From an uncultured bacterium (GTDB lineage: Bacteria; Krumholzibacteriota; Krumholzibacteriia; LZORAL124-64-63): a DNA stretch of 64,000 nucleotides. The number at the start of each line of letters is the position of its first letter. The first letter of the stretch is position 1. Both the position numbers and the translations under genes were made by a program. The notes below the pieces were generated by a model. That model searched no databases, was not told the origin of the DNA, and saw nothing but the letters and a program-made list of their open reading frames with translations. The stretch lies in NCBI GenBank assembly GCA_963727525.1, contig CAVSGO010000007.1:800001-864000 (forward strand). The letters are read 5' to 3'. Shown in pieces: positions 55,499 through 64,000 of this stretch.

Positions 55499-56194
55499 GT
55501 GAATTTCTCCCGTGACGAGCAGTTCAACCGGCCGACGGCCGTGGGCGCGAACCTGGGACCCACCCGCGACGAGGACCTCATCGTCCTCGTCCAGAAGGGC
55601 AACCGGCGCGCGTTCGATGAGATCGTGGCACGGTACAAGGGCCGGCTCTACTCCTTCATCCTGCGGATGGTGAAAGACGGGAACCTGGCCGAGGAATTGA
55701 CGCAGGAGACGCTGATCCGCGTCTACCTGCACGCCGATAAGTACCGCGAGATCGCGAAGTTCTCGACCTGGGTATTCACGATCGCGACCAATCTTGTGCG
55801 CAACAAGATGCGGCAGCGCTCGCGGATGCCGCGGTTCCTCAGCCTCGATCCGGCGCCGGAGAACGACGATGACATGCCCCTGGATCCGCCCGACCACACG
55901 GCCGACCCTTCGCGTGCTGTGGAGGGAGAGGAACTGGGGAAACTCATCGCCGAGGCCACGGCGCGGATTCCGGAGAAGTACCGGATCCCGTTCCTCCTGC
56001 GCGAGGTCGATCAGCTCTCCTACGAGGAGATCCAGCAAGTCACCGGACTGAAGCTTGGCACCGTGCGCTCGCGCATCAATCGTGCGCGCAATCGGTTCCG
56101 GCAGAACATCAAGCCGCTCCTGAAGAATGAGAGCTTGCTCGCCGAACTCGAACGGATCGAGGCCCGAGCGGCCGCCGACGATCAAGACGACTGA
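55499..56194 (+). CDS. ECF RNA polymerase sigma factor
   Basis: AEELTQETL, FSTWVFTIATN, LSYEEI...GTVRSRINRAR; AGGAGG RBS. Confidence 0.93.
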   Translation: MNFSRDEQFNRPTAVGANLGPTRDEDLIVLVQKGNRRAFDEIVARYKGRLYSFILRMVKDGNLAEELTQETLIRVYLHADKYREIAKFSTWVFTIATNLVRNKMRQRSRMPRFLSLDPAPENDDDMPLDPPDHTADPSRAVEGEELGKLIAEATARIPEKYRIPFLLREVDQLSYEEIQQVTGLKLGTVRSRINRARNRFRQNIKPLLKNESLLAELERIEARAAADDQDD

Positions 56195-56209
56195 TCGCAG
56201 AGACGCAAG

Positions 56210-56971
56210 ATGCGCAAGGAAATGGAGGCGCAAGAGATCATGACGTGCAACCGGATGCGGGAATGGATCAGCCTTGAATGCGACGGACACCTGGAGCCCG
56301 AGCGGGTTCCGCGGCTGCTCGCGCATCTCGAGGCCTGCGAGGAGTGCCGCACCTATCGGAGCGATCTTCAGCTCGGACAGCGACTCCTGCGTGCCACCCA
56401 GGCTGAACCCGCCGAAGGTTTCGCCTGGCGGCTGCAACTTCGCCTGAACAACGCCCTCAAGGACGCGGCTCGTGAGGCCGCCGCACCCTGGCCTGTGCCT
56501 TCGTACTCATGGCGGCGCTGGCTCGGACCTTTCGCGGTGGCGTCGAGCGTGGGCCTGGCGGCGGTGCTGGCCGTGGCCCTGTTCACCATGCCGGCCACGG
56601 GCGTGCGCGGCCCCATCGCGACCGGCGAACAGGTCGCCGTCGACGGACTCGCGCGCGTGCCCCTCGCCGGCCAGGGGGCCACGGAATTCTTCGACCGCAG
56701 CCGGCGGCCGCTCACGCCGGCGGCGAGCACGAGTCGGGTCTTTGGCGCCTATGGCAATCCGTACCAGCAGACGGTCTCGCTCGAGCGCGGGGGCGGCCTG
56801 TCCGCGAACGGCTGGAACGGTCTGCCCAGTGGCGACCTCGTACGGCTCCAGCGACTGCAGCAGGAGAACGATATCCTGCGCCACCGCGCGACGCAGGCCG
56901 AGCTGCGGTCCCAGCGGCTGCAGGCCCGACTTGACAGTCTCTCGTTCCGTCCCCTAGATAACCAGCAGTAG
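56210..56971 (+). CDS. Zinc-binding (HxxxCxxC) anti-sigma factor
   Basis: HLEACEEC, single TM, C-terminal coiled coil; follows the ECF sigma; start may be 56240. Confidence 0.85.
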   Translation: MRKEMEAQEIMTCNRMREWISLECDGHLEPERVPRLLAHLEACEECRTYRSDLQLGQRLLRATQAEPAEGFAWRLQLRLNNALKDAAREAAAPWPVPSYSWRRWLGPFAVASSVGLAAVLAVALFTMPATGVRGPIATGEQVAVDGLARVPLAGQGATEFFDRSRRPLTPAASTSRVFGAYGNPYQQTVSLERGGGLSANGWNGLPSGDLVRLQRLQQENDILRHRATQAELRSQRLQARLDSLSFRPLDNQQ

Positions 56972-57018
56972 GGAATCGACGATCCGTCGAGGCCCCGCGC
57001 TGAGAGGGGAGAGTGCCG

Positions 57019-58068
57019 ATGACGGGACGGGCCATACCTACAGTCTTATCGCTGACGATCATCCTCACCGTGGTGGGGTGTGTCGGGAATGAGGGCGCCA
57101 TTCTCATGGCGCCCGGTTCCTACGGCGATATCGCGATCGTCGCCTCCAGTGACGAGCTCGCGGGCGCACTCCGCTCCTTCACCAACGAACTCAACCGGGA
57201 ATACTCGTTCGTCATCGCCCGCGAGATGCAATTCAACATCGACGTGTTCGAACCGGCGCGCTGGGAACTCTGCAAGGGCTACAAGAACGTCATCCTGGTC
57301 GCCGTGCTTCCGGACGGCGGTCCGGTCGTCAAGGCCCTGAAGAAGCACGTGAGTTCCGACGAGTACCAGAAGCTGGCCACCAGCGCGGCGTCGATGCTCT
57401 ATCTCGAGGAACCGTTCGCGAACTACCAGTTCGCCGTCGTCGTGGCCGGTCGCGACCGGAACAGCGTCCTGAGCCTGCTGCACCAGCATGCCGACGATCT
57501 GCGCCAGGTGATCGAGAACAAGGCGGCCGCGCGAATCATGCGGCGCTATCGCGTCGACGGGCTCGACTCGAACATCATGACCTCCCTCTGGAACAAGGAT
57601 CATTTCTTCCTCGAGGTACCGAACGTCTACCACCTGAACCAGGATCGCCCGGATGGTTTTTCAGCGGTGGAACTCATGCAGAATGGCCCCTCACGCGGCC
57701 TGACCGTATCCTGGCGCGAGGTGGACGACCCTGTTGCCGTCCTCGCCGATACGACGGCGCTGCTCACGATGCGCGAGGCGATGGGGCGCGAGCTGCACGA
57801 CGAGGAACTGGTGCCCGAAACCTTCGTCTGGACGGAGGACACGATCGGTGACATGCGGGCGGTGAAGCTGGAGGGGGCCTGGAGCAGCACGGACAAGAAT
57901 TTCTTCGGGGGCGGGCCGTTCTGGTCGTGGTTCGTTGCCGATCCGGGAACGCGGAGACTCTTCTGCCTCGACGCACTCTGCTATGCGCCGGGCCTCGACA
58001 AGATGGACATGTTCCGGCGCATGCGCGCCATCCTCGAGACGTTCTCGCTCAAACGGCCGCAGCCCTGA
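57019..58068 (+). CDS. DUF4837-like lipoprotein
   Basis: Lipobox VVGC; G.W...GGGPF.S, YAPG.DK motifs. Confidence 0.65.
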   Translation: MTGRAIPTVLSLTIILTVVGCVGNEGAILMAPGSYGDIAIVASSDELAGALRSFTNELNREYSFVIAREMQFNIDVFEPARWELCKGYKNVILVAVLPDGGPVVKALKKHVSSDEYQKLATSAASMLYLEEPFANYQFAVVVAGRDRNSVLSLLHQHADDLRQVIENKAAARIMRRYRVDGLDSNIMTSLWNKDHFFLEVPNVYHLNQDRPDGFSAVELMQNGPSRGLTVSWREVDDPVAVLADTTALLTMREAMGRELHDEELVPETFVWTEDTIGDMRAVKLEGAWSSTDKNFFGGGPFWSWFVADPGTRRLFCLDALCYAPGLDKMDMFRRMRAILETFSLKRPQP

Positions 58069-58096
58069 TCGGTGCGGGCGACGGAAGGACCGCCGC

Positions 58097-58885
58097 GTGC
58101 GCGTACATTCCCCCCGTACCGTGATGATTCCCGCGGTTCTGTGCTTGCTGACTGGTGTCCCGGTCGCCATGGCAGCCCGGAACGACGCCGGACAGGTCGA
58201 TACCGGGCGCCACCGGCCGCAGGCGGTTGCGGTTGCCGACACCGGCCGCGCCGGCCAACCCTCGCGAGTGGAGGCCGCCATCGGCGTGGGCATGCTCACC
58301 AGCGGCGATCTGCTGCGGGTCCGGACGGCGGCGGGTTCCGGCATCCCCTGGGCACCACCCGGGGGCTCGTCATTCGTGTCGGATGAGTACCTGCTCACGA
58401 TCGATGAGGACGTAGCGTTCTCGCTCATGGTCAAGTACGATCTTACCCGATGGCTGGCCGTGCGTGCCGACGGCAGCACGGCGCGCGTCTCCGTCACGGC
58501 GAAAGCCCACAGCGGCGAGGTCGTGAATCTTCACCAGTGGGACACCGTCACGCTCAGCATGCTGGGGCTCGCCATCGAGGGCAAGCTGGTGCAACAGCCT
58601 AGCTATCCCTACCTGCTCGCGGGCGTCGCCTATGTGTCGCTGAGCGGCCATGGGGGCGAGGGTTTCGACCAGTCGCGCCTCGCGTTGCGGTTCGGTGCCG
58701 GCTACCACCACGATCTCGGGCAGCGGCTCGGCCTGCGCGTCGAAGCCCGCAATACGTTGCAACAGTTCAAGTTCTCGGACTACGTGCCACCAGTCGACGG
58801 CGCCATCCTGCCGAATTACACGATCGAGGAACGGGGACCGCAGCAACTCTGGGAGCTGCTGCTCGGGCTCACGGGCCGATTCTGA
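58097..58885 (+). CDS. Small outer-membrane beta-barrel protein
   Basis: Signal peptide, PYLLAGV, FGAGY, GLRVEAR, C-terminal GLTGRF; start uncertain (58097 or 58124). Confidence 0.65.
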   Translation: MRVHSPRTVMIPAVLCLLTGVPVAMAARNDAGQVDTGRHRPQAVAVADTGRAGQPSRVEAAIGVGMLTSGDLLRVRTAAGSGIPWAPPGGSSFVSDEYLLTIDEDVAFSLMVKYDLTRWLAVRADGSTARVSVTAKAHSGEVVNLHQWDTVTLSMLGLAIEGKLVQQPSYPYLLAGVAYVSLSGHGGEGFDQSRLALRFGAGYHHDLGQRLGLRVEARNTLQQFKFSDYVPPVDGAILPNYTIEERGPQQLWELLLGLTGRF

Positions 58886-58918
58886 CCGCCGGAAACGCCG
58901 ATTCTGTGGGGGATTTCC

Positions 58919-58947
58919 TTGGCGGGGCCCCGCGGCGGCGCTATATT
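58919..58947 (+). promoter_or_regulatory. Sigma-70 promoter (TTGGCG-N17-TATATT) for parA
   Basis: Correct spacing in the intergenic region. Confidence 0.55.
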
Positions 58948-59015
58948 CCGTGGGTTATGCCGACGACTCGCGATCGACGCGAGGACCGCACGACCAGCCC
59001 CAGAGGATCCCATAC

Positions 59016-59912
59016 ATGAGCAACGTTATCGCCGTGGTGAACCACAAGGGTGGGAGCGGGAAGTCCACGACTGCCATCAATCTGGCCGCCGGGCTCACCC
59101 GCTACAGCGACGTCACGTCCTCGTGCCTCCTAATCGACATGGATCCCCATGGCTGCGCCACCAGCACGCTGCTGGGCAAGCTGGATGGCGAGCCCCCCGC
59201 GCGGAGCGTCTTCGATGTGCTGCGCCGCGCCATCACGCCGCACGACGGGATTGCGAGCACTGTCTACGACGAGAACATCGACGTGCTGCCATCGAACCCG
59301 TCGCTCGAGAGCATGGCCAAGACGCAGATCACCGATCGCCTGGCCAAGGTCGTGCAGGCTCTCACGACGAGCTATGGCTGGATCATCATCGATACGCCGC
59401 CGAACCTCGGGGTGCTCACGCAGAATGCGCTCGTCGCGGCCGACTACGTCCTGATCCCGACGCCGTGCACGGGCCTGGCGGTGCCGGCGCTGCGCCAGCT
59501 CAAGCAGCTGATCGAGCGGATCAAGGAGCGTCAGAATGTCTGGTTGCAGATGCTCGGCGTGCTGATCACGCTGAAGGACGGGCGTACGCCCCTACAGAAG
59601 GGTGTTCGGCGGGAGCTGGGCAACATCTTCGACAAGAACGACATCTTCCGCACGATCATCACGAACAACATCAAGATCGAGGAAGCCCCGGCAAACTTCC
59701 AGAGCATCTTCGCGTACGATTCCGGTTGTCTCGGCGCGTCCCTCTATCGCGACTGGATCAAGAAGGAATTCCTGAAGAAGCACCAGAAGCTGGAAAAGAT
59801 GCGGATGGAGCAGCGCGAGGCGGCGGCCGCCGTGCAGGCGGCGGCGGTGGCCGAGGCCGCGAGCGCGAAAGAGGAAGAGGAAGAAGAGGCCGAGTCGGCG
59901 GACGAGGAATAG
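59016..59912 (+). CDS. ParA/Soj-family ATPase (no adjacent parB)
   Basis: KGGSGKSTT deviant Walker A, IDMDP, IIDTPP; acidic C-terminal tail. Confidence 0.9.
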   Translation: MSNVIAVVNHKGGSGKSTTAINLAAGLTRYSDVTSSCLLIDMDPHGCATSTLLGKLDGEPPARSVFDVLRRAITPHDGIASTVYDENIDVLPSNPSLESMAKTQITDRLAKVVQALTTSYGWIIIDTPPNLGVLTQNALVAADYVLIPTPCTGLAVPALRQLKQLIERIKERQNVWLQMLGVLITLKDGRTPLQKGVRRELGNIFDKNDIFRTIITNNIKIEEAPANFQSIFAYDSGCLGASLYRDWIKKEFLKKHQKLEKMRMEQREAAAAVQAAAVAEAASAKEEEEEEAESADEE

Positions 59913-59919
59913 TCGCCCG

Positions 59920-60561
59920 TCAGCCTCGGTCGGCCACGTAAGGGTTGCTTGCGCGCTCGCGCCCCACCGTCGTGTCCGGTCCGTGGCCAGGGTGCAGATC
60001 TGTGGCATCCGGGAGCGTATAGATACGCGACCGGATGCTTTTTTCCAGGGTCGCGAAGTCCCCGCCGGGCAAGTCCGTGCGCCCGACGGATCCGGCGAAG
60101 ACGCAATCTCCGACGATCGCATGCCCATCCCACGCGAACATCACATGCCCTGGCGCGTGCCCCGGGACGTGGGCCACGGCAATGGCGTCGTCGCCGAAGG
60201 GGAGGGCCAGGCCGTCCACCAGATCGGGCGCGTAGCGCGGCACCGCGGTCGACGGCAGATCATAGAAGGCCTGGTGTTCGGGCATGTGATCGATGAAGTC
60301 CACGTCCGCGGCGTGGCAGCGCAGAGGCAGGTCGAGACGGTCCTGCACGGCGGCCGCGGCGCCGACGTGGTCGAAGTGTCCATGGGTGGCCAGGAGATAG
60401 CGCACGCGGCAACCGCTGGCGTCGACGGCCTGCAGGAGCCGGTCCGCCTCGTCGCCGGGATCGATCAGCGCCGCCTCGCCACCGGCGGTACCGGTGGTCA
60501 GGAGCCAGGCGTTCATCTGCAACGGTCCGACGGTGAGGCAGGTCAGGGTCCAGGTGGCCAT
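59920..60561 (-). CDS. MBL-fold metallo-hydrolase (glyoxalase II-like)
   Basis: THGHFDH, PGHAPG, GD.VF.GSVGRTDLPGG, PGHG. Confidence 0.92.
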   Translation of the reverse strand: MATWTLTCLTVGPLQMNAWLLTTGTAGGEAALIDPGDEADRLLQAVDASGCRVRYLLATHGHFDHVGAAAAVQDRLDLPLRCHAADVDFIDHMPEHQAFYDLPSTAVPRYAPDLVDGLALPFGDDAIAVAHVPGHAPGHVMFAWDGHAIVGDCVFAGSVGRTDLPGGDFATLEKSIRSRIYTLPDATDLHPGHGPDTTVGRERASNPYVADRG

Positions 60562-60626
60562 GGCATCTCCTGAACGACGCGGCCGGGGTGCGGGAGCACC
60601 CCGGCCGGTGGTGGCGTCAGACGCCG

Positions 60627-61943
60627 TCAATCGTCGTAGTACTCCCGGCCGAGGTGCGTGATCAGCTCCTCGCCCATCATCCAGCGCAGGGTGTTCTTCA
60701 GCTTCTTGTGCTGGATGAAGAGGTCATGCTCCGGATAGAGCCCGGTGGGCACCACGGGGCTCTTGAAGAAGAAGCTGAGCCACTCCTGGATGCCCCCGAG
60801 GCCCGCCCGTTTGGCCAGGTCGAGGAACAGCGCGAGGTCGAGCACCAGCGGCGCGGCGAGGATCGAATCGCGGCACAGGAAATCGACCTTGATCTGCATC
60901 GGCATACCACACCAGCCGAAGATGTCGATGTTGTCCCAGCCTTCCTTGTTGTCCCCGCGCGGCGGATAGTAGTTGATGCGGACCTTGTGGTACAGGTTTC
61001 CGTAAAGGTCCGGATACAGCTCCGGCTGCAGAATCGAGCCCAGCACGCTGAGCTTCGACTCTTCCTTCGTCTTGAACGACCCGGGGTCGTCGAGCACCTC
61101 GCCATCGCGATTGCCGAGGATGTTGGTCGAGAACCAGCCGTTGATCCCCAGCATCCTGGCCTTGAATCCAGGGGCCAGGATGGTCTTCATGAGGGTCTGT
61201 CCGGTCTTGAAGTCCTTGCCACAGGTGGGACTGCCCGTCTGCTTGGCGAGTTCCTCGAGGGCGGGGACGTCACCGCTCAGGTTGGGGGCGCCGTTGGCGT
61301 AGGGGATGCCCTTCTTGATCGCGGCATAGGCGTAGATCATGCTCGGCGGAATATCCTGGTGGTCCTCTCGCAGCCCCTTCTCGAACGCCGCCATCGACTG
61401 ATGGACCTCGGAACGCTTGATGTAGATCTCGGTGGATCCGCACCAGACCATGACGAGGCGATCGCAACCGTTGGCGGCCTTGAAGTCGTCCATGTCCTGC
61501 ATCAGGGCTTCGGCCAGGGCCATCTTGTTCGCGCCCTTCTTGACGTGCTCGCCGTTGAGCTTCTTGACGTAGTACTGGTCGAATACGGCGGGCATGGGCC
61601 GGATCCCATCGATGGCCGGCTTCAGCTCGTCCAGGAGGGTCCGGTCGAGCACACCGGCCTTGACCGCAGCCTCGTAGACGGAGTCGTTGAAGATGTCCCA
61701 GCCGCCGAAGACGATGTCGTCGAGATTGGCCAGAGGCACGAAATTGCGGATCAGAGGCTGGCGGCCCTCGGTCCGTTTGCCCAGCCGGATGTGCCCGAGC
61801 TGGGTGACGCTTCCCGTCGGGAGGCGCAGACCCCGGCGCACGGCCTCCAAGCCGGAGATGAACGTGGACGACACGGCGCCCATGCCCGGGGTCAGGATTC
61901 CGAGCTTCCCGGCCGCGGGCTTGATGTCCAGCTTTTCGCCCAT
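60627..61943 (-). CDS. ino1: Myo-inositol-1-phosphate synthase
   Basis: GGWDI, WCGSTE, GKDFKTGQT, NILGNRDG, RDSILAAPLVLDL. Confidence 0.92.
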   Translation of the reverse strand: MGEKLDIKPAAGKLGILTPGMGAVSSTFISGLEAVRRGLRLPTGSVTQLGHIRLGKRTEGRQPLIRNFVPLANLDDIVFGGWDIFNDSVYEAAVKAGVLDRTLLDELKPAIDGIRPMPAVFDQYYVKKLNGEHVKKGANKMALAEALMQDMDDFKAANGCDRLVMVWCGSTEIYIKRSEVHQSMAAFEKGLREDHQDIPPSMIYAYAAIKKGIPYANGAPNLSGDVPALEELAKQTGSPTCGKDFKTGQTLMKTILAPGFKARMLGINGWFSTNILGNRDGEVLDDPGSFKTKEESKLSVLGSILQPELYPDLYGNLYHKVRINYYPPRGDNKEGWDNIDIFGWCGMPMQIKVDFLCRDSILAAPLVLDLALFLDLAKRAGLGGIQEWLSFFFKSPVVPTGLYPEHDLFIQHKKLKNTLRWMMGEELITHLGREYYDD

Positions 61944-61998
61944 AATCCTAAGCTCCTCTCACCAGTTGGTCGGTTGCCCTCATGGCAGTGCCCGCCCC

Positions 61999-62027
61999 AG
62001 GATAGGACGCATGGAGAGGGAAGGCAA
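61999..62027 (-). promoter_or_regulatory. Sigma-70 promoter for ino1 (TTGCCT-N17-TATCCT)
   Basis: Minus-strand match; lies between 11-bp inverted repeats at 61949-61959 and 62034-62044. Confidence 0.6.
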
Positions 62028-62303
62028 AAGAAAAGAGGAGCTTACGGAACCTAAGCAAAACCACGAAATTCGCATATCCGGGGGTGGACATCTGACGTAA
62101 CGATATGCTAAACTGTGTGCGCTTTGCGTCGGGTCGCTTGATGGCACTGCGGCGTGCGCAGTCCCCAGCCGGGGGCGCTTGCGCAAAGCCTGGTTCGCGG
62201 CGCGAGCCGGTTGACTCGAAGAAAGGAATGCATGGGCCCAGGGTAACGCGTCGGACAACTTGCTGCGAACACAATCGAGCATGCCTCGGGAGTGGGACAT
62301 AAT

Positions 62304-63038
62304 ATGAAGGACGATGCGGCTGCCCTGTCGGTGCACACGCAGAGTTTTGCTCCGTCATCTGCTGCCTTTTTCATCCCCGTCGACACCCGGCGTTTCCGTG
62401 GCCTCACCGGTGTGGCCAAACGCGGATTCGACATTGTTTGCGCGTTGATCGGGCTCATAGTAGGCCTGCCGTTCGGGCTCGTGTTTGCGTTGCTCATCAA
62501 ACGCTCGAGTTCGGGGCCGGTGTTTTTTGTCCAGGAGCGCCTGGGCAAGGACGGGCGTCCGTTCCCATTCTACAAGTTCCGCTCCATGCGCCACGACAGC
62601 GACGACGCGATCCATCGCCAGTTCGCGGCCATGTTCATCGCGGGCGACGCCGACGGTTGCAAGACCAAGAACGGCGGCAAGACGAGTTTCAAGCTGGAGG
62701 AAGATCCCCGTATCACGGGGATCGGGGGCTGGTTGCGCCGGACCTCTCTGGACGAGTTGCCGCAACTCTGGAATATCTTGCGCGGCGACATGTCCATGGT
62801 CGGGCCACGTCCGCCGATCGCGTACGAGATCGAGAATTACCAGCCATGGCATCTCGAGCGCCTCAAGGTCACGCCGGGGCTGACGGGCATGTGGCAGGTC
62901 ATGGGCCGCAGCAGCGTCTCGTTCGACGAGATGGTGCACCTCGACCTGTACTACATCAACAACTGGTCCCTGGTGCTGGATCTCCAGATCATGGCGAGAA
63001 CCATCCCGGTGGTACTGCGCGGGACCGGAGGTTTTTGA
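62304..63038 (+). CDS. Polyprenyl glycosylphosphotransferase (priming sugar transferase)
   Basis: KR.FD, F.QER.G, KFRSM, DPRIT..G..LR.TSLDELPQL.N.L.GDMS.VGPRP, PGLTG.WQV. Confidence 0.93.
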   Translation: MKDDAAALSVHTQSFAPSSAAFFIPVDTRRFRGLTGVAKRGFDIVCALIGLIVGLPFGLVFALLIKRSSSGPVFFVQERLGKDGRPFPFYKFRSMRHDSDDAIHRQFAAMFIAGDADGCKTKNGGKTSFKLEEDPRITGIGGWLRRTSLDELPQLWNILRGDMSMVGPRPPIAYEIENYQPWHLERLKVTPGLTGMWQVMGRSSVSFDEMVHLDLYYINNWSLVLDLQIMARTIPVVLRGTGGF

Positions 63039-63052
63039 GAGCATCACGCTTC

Positions 63053-63079
63053 TCAAGGTGGCCTGATTTCTTCCGAAAC
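63053..63079 (+). promoter_or_regulatory. Sigma-28-like promoter candidate (TCAA-N15-TCCGAAAC)
   Basis: Same motif family as the pil-locus sites. Confidence 0.4.
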
Positions 63080-63163
63080 GTACCGTGGTGAAGCAAGAAC
63101 GCAGGGGGGCCTGCGTCTCGGGTCGGCATGCCGGCCCGCGTCGCGACGGAAAGGACGAGCGTC

Positions 63164-64000
63164 ATGATTCGAATGGGCGTCATTGGTTGCGGTTACTGGG
63201 GACCGAACCTCATCCGCAATTTCTCAAACAATCCCGACGTCGACCTCGCCGCCATTGCCGACATCGACGAGGCGCGCCTGGCGCACGTGGGGCGCCTGTA
63301 TCCGAACGCGAAGCGTCTGCGTGATCATCGCGATCTGGTGAACGACCCCACGATCGACGCTGTCGTGGTGGCCACGCCGGTATCGACGCATTTCCCGCTG
63401 GGCAAGGAAGTCCTGCTGGCAGGGAAGCACCTCTTCCTCGAAAAACCGATGGCGACGACGCCGGCCGAATGCCGCGAGCTGAACGACCTGGCCGCTGCCG
63501 CGGATCTGCAGATCATGATCGGCCACACGTTCCTCTTCACCCCGGCCGTACAGAAGATCCGGGCGCTCATGCAGTCGGGGCAGCTGGGCGACGTCTACTA
63601 CGTGTCGATCACCCGGGTGAACCTGGGCATCTTCCAGAAGGACGTCAACGTGGTCTGGGACCTGGCGCCGCACGACGTCGCCATGCTCAATCACCTCTTC
63701 GACGCGAAGCCGGAGGTCGTCAGCGCCACGGGCCGCTGCTACGTGCAGCGCGACAAGGGCATCGAGGACGTCGCGTTCCTCACCCTCGAGTATCCGGGAC
63801 GTCAGATCGCACACATCCACGTGAGCTGGCTCGACCCGAACAAGATCCGCCGCTGCACGTTCGTGGGCAGCCGGCAGATGCTGGTGTACGACGACGTGTC
63901 CCCGACCGAGAAGATCCGCGTCTACGATAAGGGTGTTGAGGTCCAGCCTCATTATGATACCTTCGGCGAGTTCCAGCTCACGCTGCGGTCGGGGGACATT
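63164..64000 (+). CDS. Gfo/Idh/MocA-family oxidoreductase (3' truncated; absent from the ORF track)
   Basis: MIRMGVIGCGYWGPNLIRNF, ATP..THF, EKPM, RVNLG, WDLAPHD; runs off the window. Confidence 0.9.
   Translation, partial: MIRMGVIGCGYWGPNLIRNFSNNPDVDLAAIADIDEARLAHVGRLYPNAKRLRDHRDLVNDPTIDAVVVATPVSTHFPLGKEVLLAGKHLFLEKPMATTPAECRELNDLAAAADLQIMIGHTFLFTPAVQKIRALMQSGQLGDVYYVSITRVNLGIFQKDVNVVWDLAPHDVAMLNHLFDAKPEVVSATGRCYVQRDKGIEDVAFLTLEYPGRQIAHIHVSWLDPNKIRRCTFVGSRQMLVYDDVSPTEKIRVYDKGVEVQPHYDTFGEFQLTLRSGDI

Noticed and set aside
56931-56985. TTGACA-N18-TAGATA and TAAC-N15-GACGATCC promoter candidates before the DUF4837-like gene
   Set aside because: Each has one poor element; too weak to call
62142-62157. 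TGGCACTGCGGCGTGC, sigma-54-like, before the sugar transferase
   Set aside because: Spacing 1 nt too long and poor -12 element
62155-62216. Two hairpins around GCAAAGCC, reminiscent of a c-di-GMP-I riboswitch
   Set aside because: Lacks the GGCAAAC and GNRA tetraloop features; would need an Rfam/Infernal hit

Overview
High-GC, gene-dense bacterial chromosomal segment, almost entirely on the + strand, from a diderm (LPS-making) organism. An FCB-superphylum candidate lineage such as Krumholzibacteriota/Latescibacterota is my low-confidence guess. In order it holds: an NHL protein, a large OM protein and an Omp85 protein; ligA-dinG-hutI; a TPR protein; an unusual single ORF joining an ECF S-component to an outer-membrane plug/beta-barrel protein through an internal signal-peptide-like segment; comEA and a complete Myxococcus/Geobacter-style type IVa pilus locus (pilBTCSRA, pilH/I/G-like, pilD, pilMNOPQ); aroK-rsmD-coaD-obgE-dprA-lpxL; an ABC-2 exporter; rfaE1/E2; a COG2403 (ArcE/cDPGS-like) enzyme; sucCD-ndk; yceD-rpmF-plsX(frameshifted)-fabDG-acpP-fabF-rnc; an ECF sigma/anti-sigma pair; an orphan parA; ino1; and the start of a polysaccharide locus. 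Reading the intergenic DNA gives three sigma-54 sites, five sigma-28-like TCAA-N15/16-NNCGA sites, leaderless sigma-70 promoters, and a promoter flanked by an 11-bp inverted repeat. I saw no rRNA, tRNA, CRISPR array or mobile element. All protein calls come from motif recognition by eye, not database searches.
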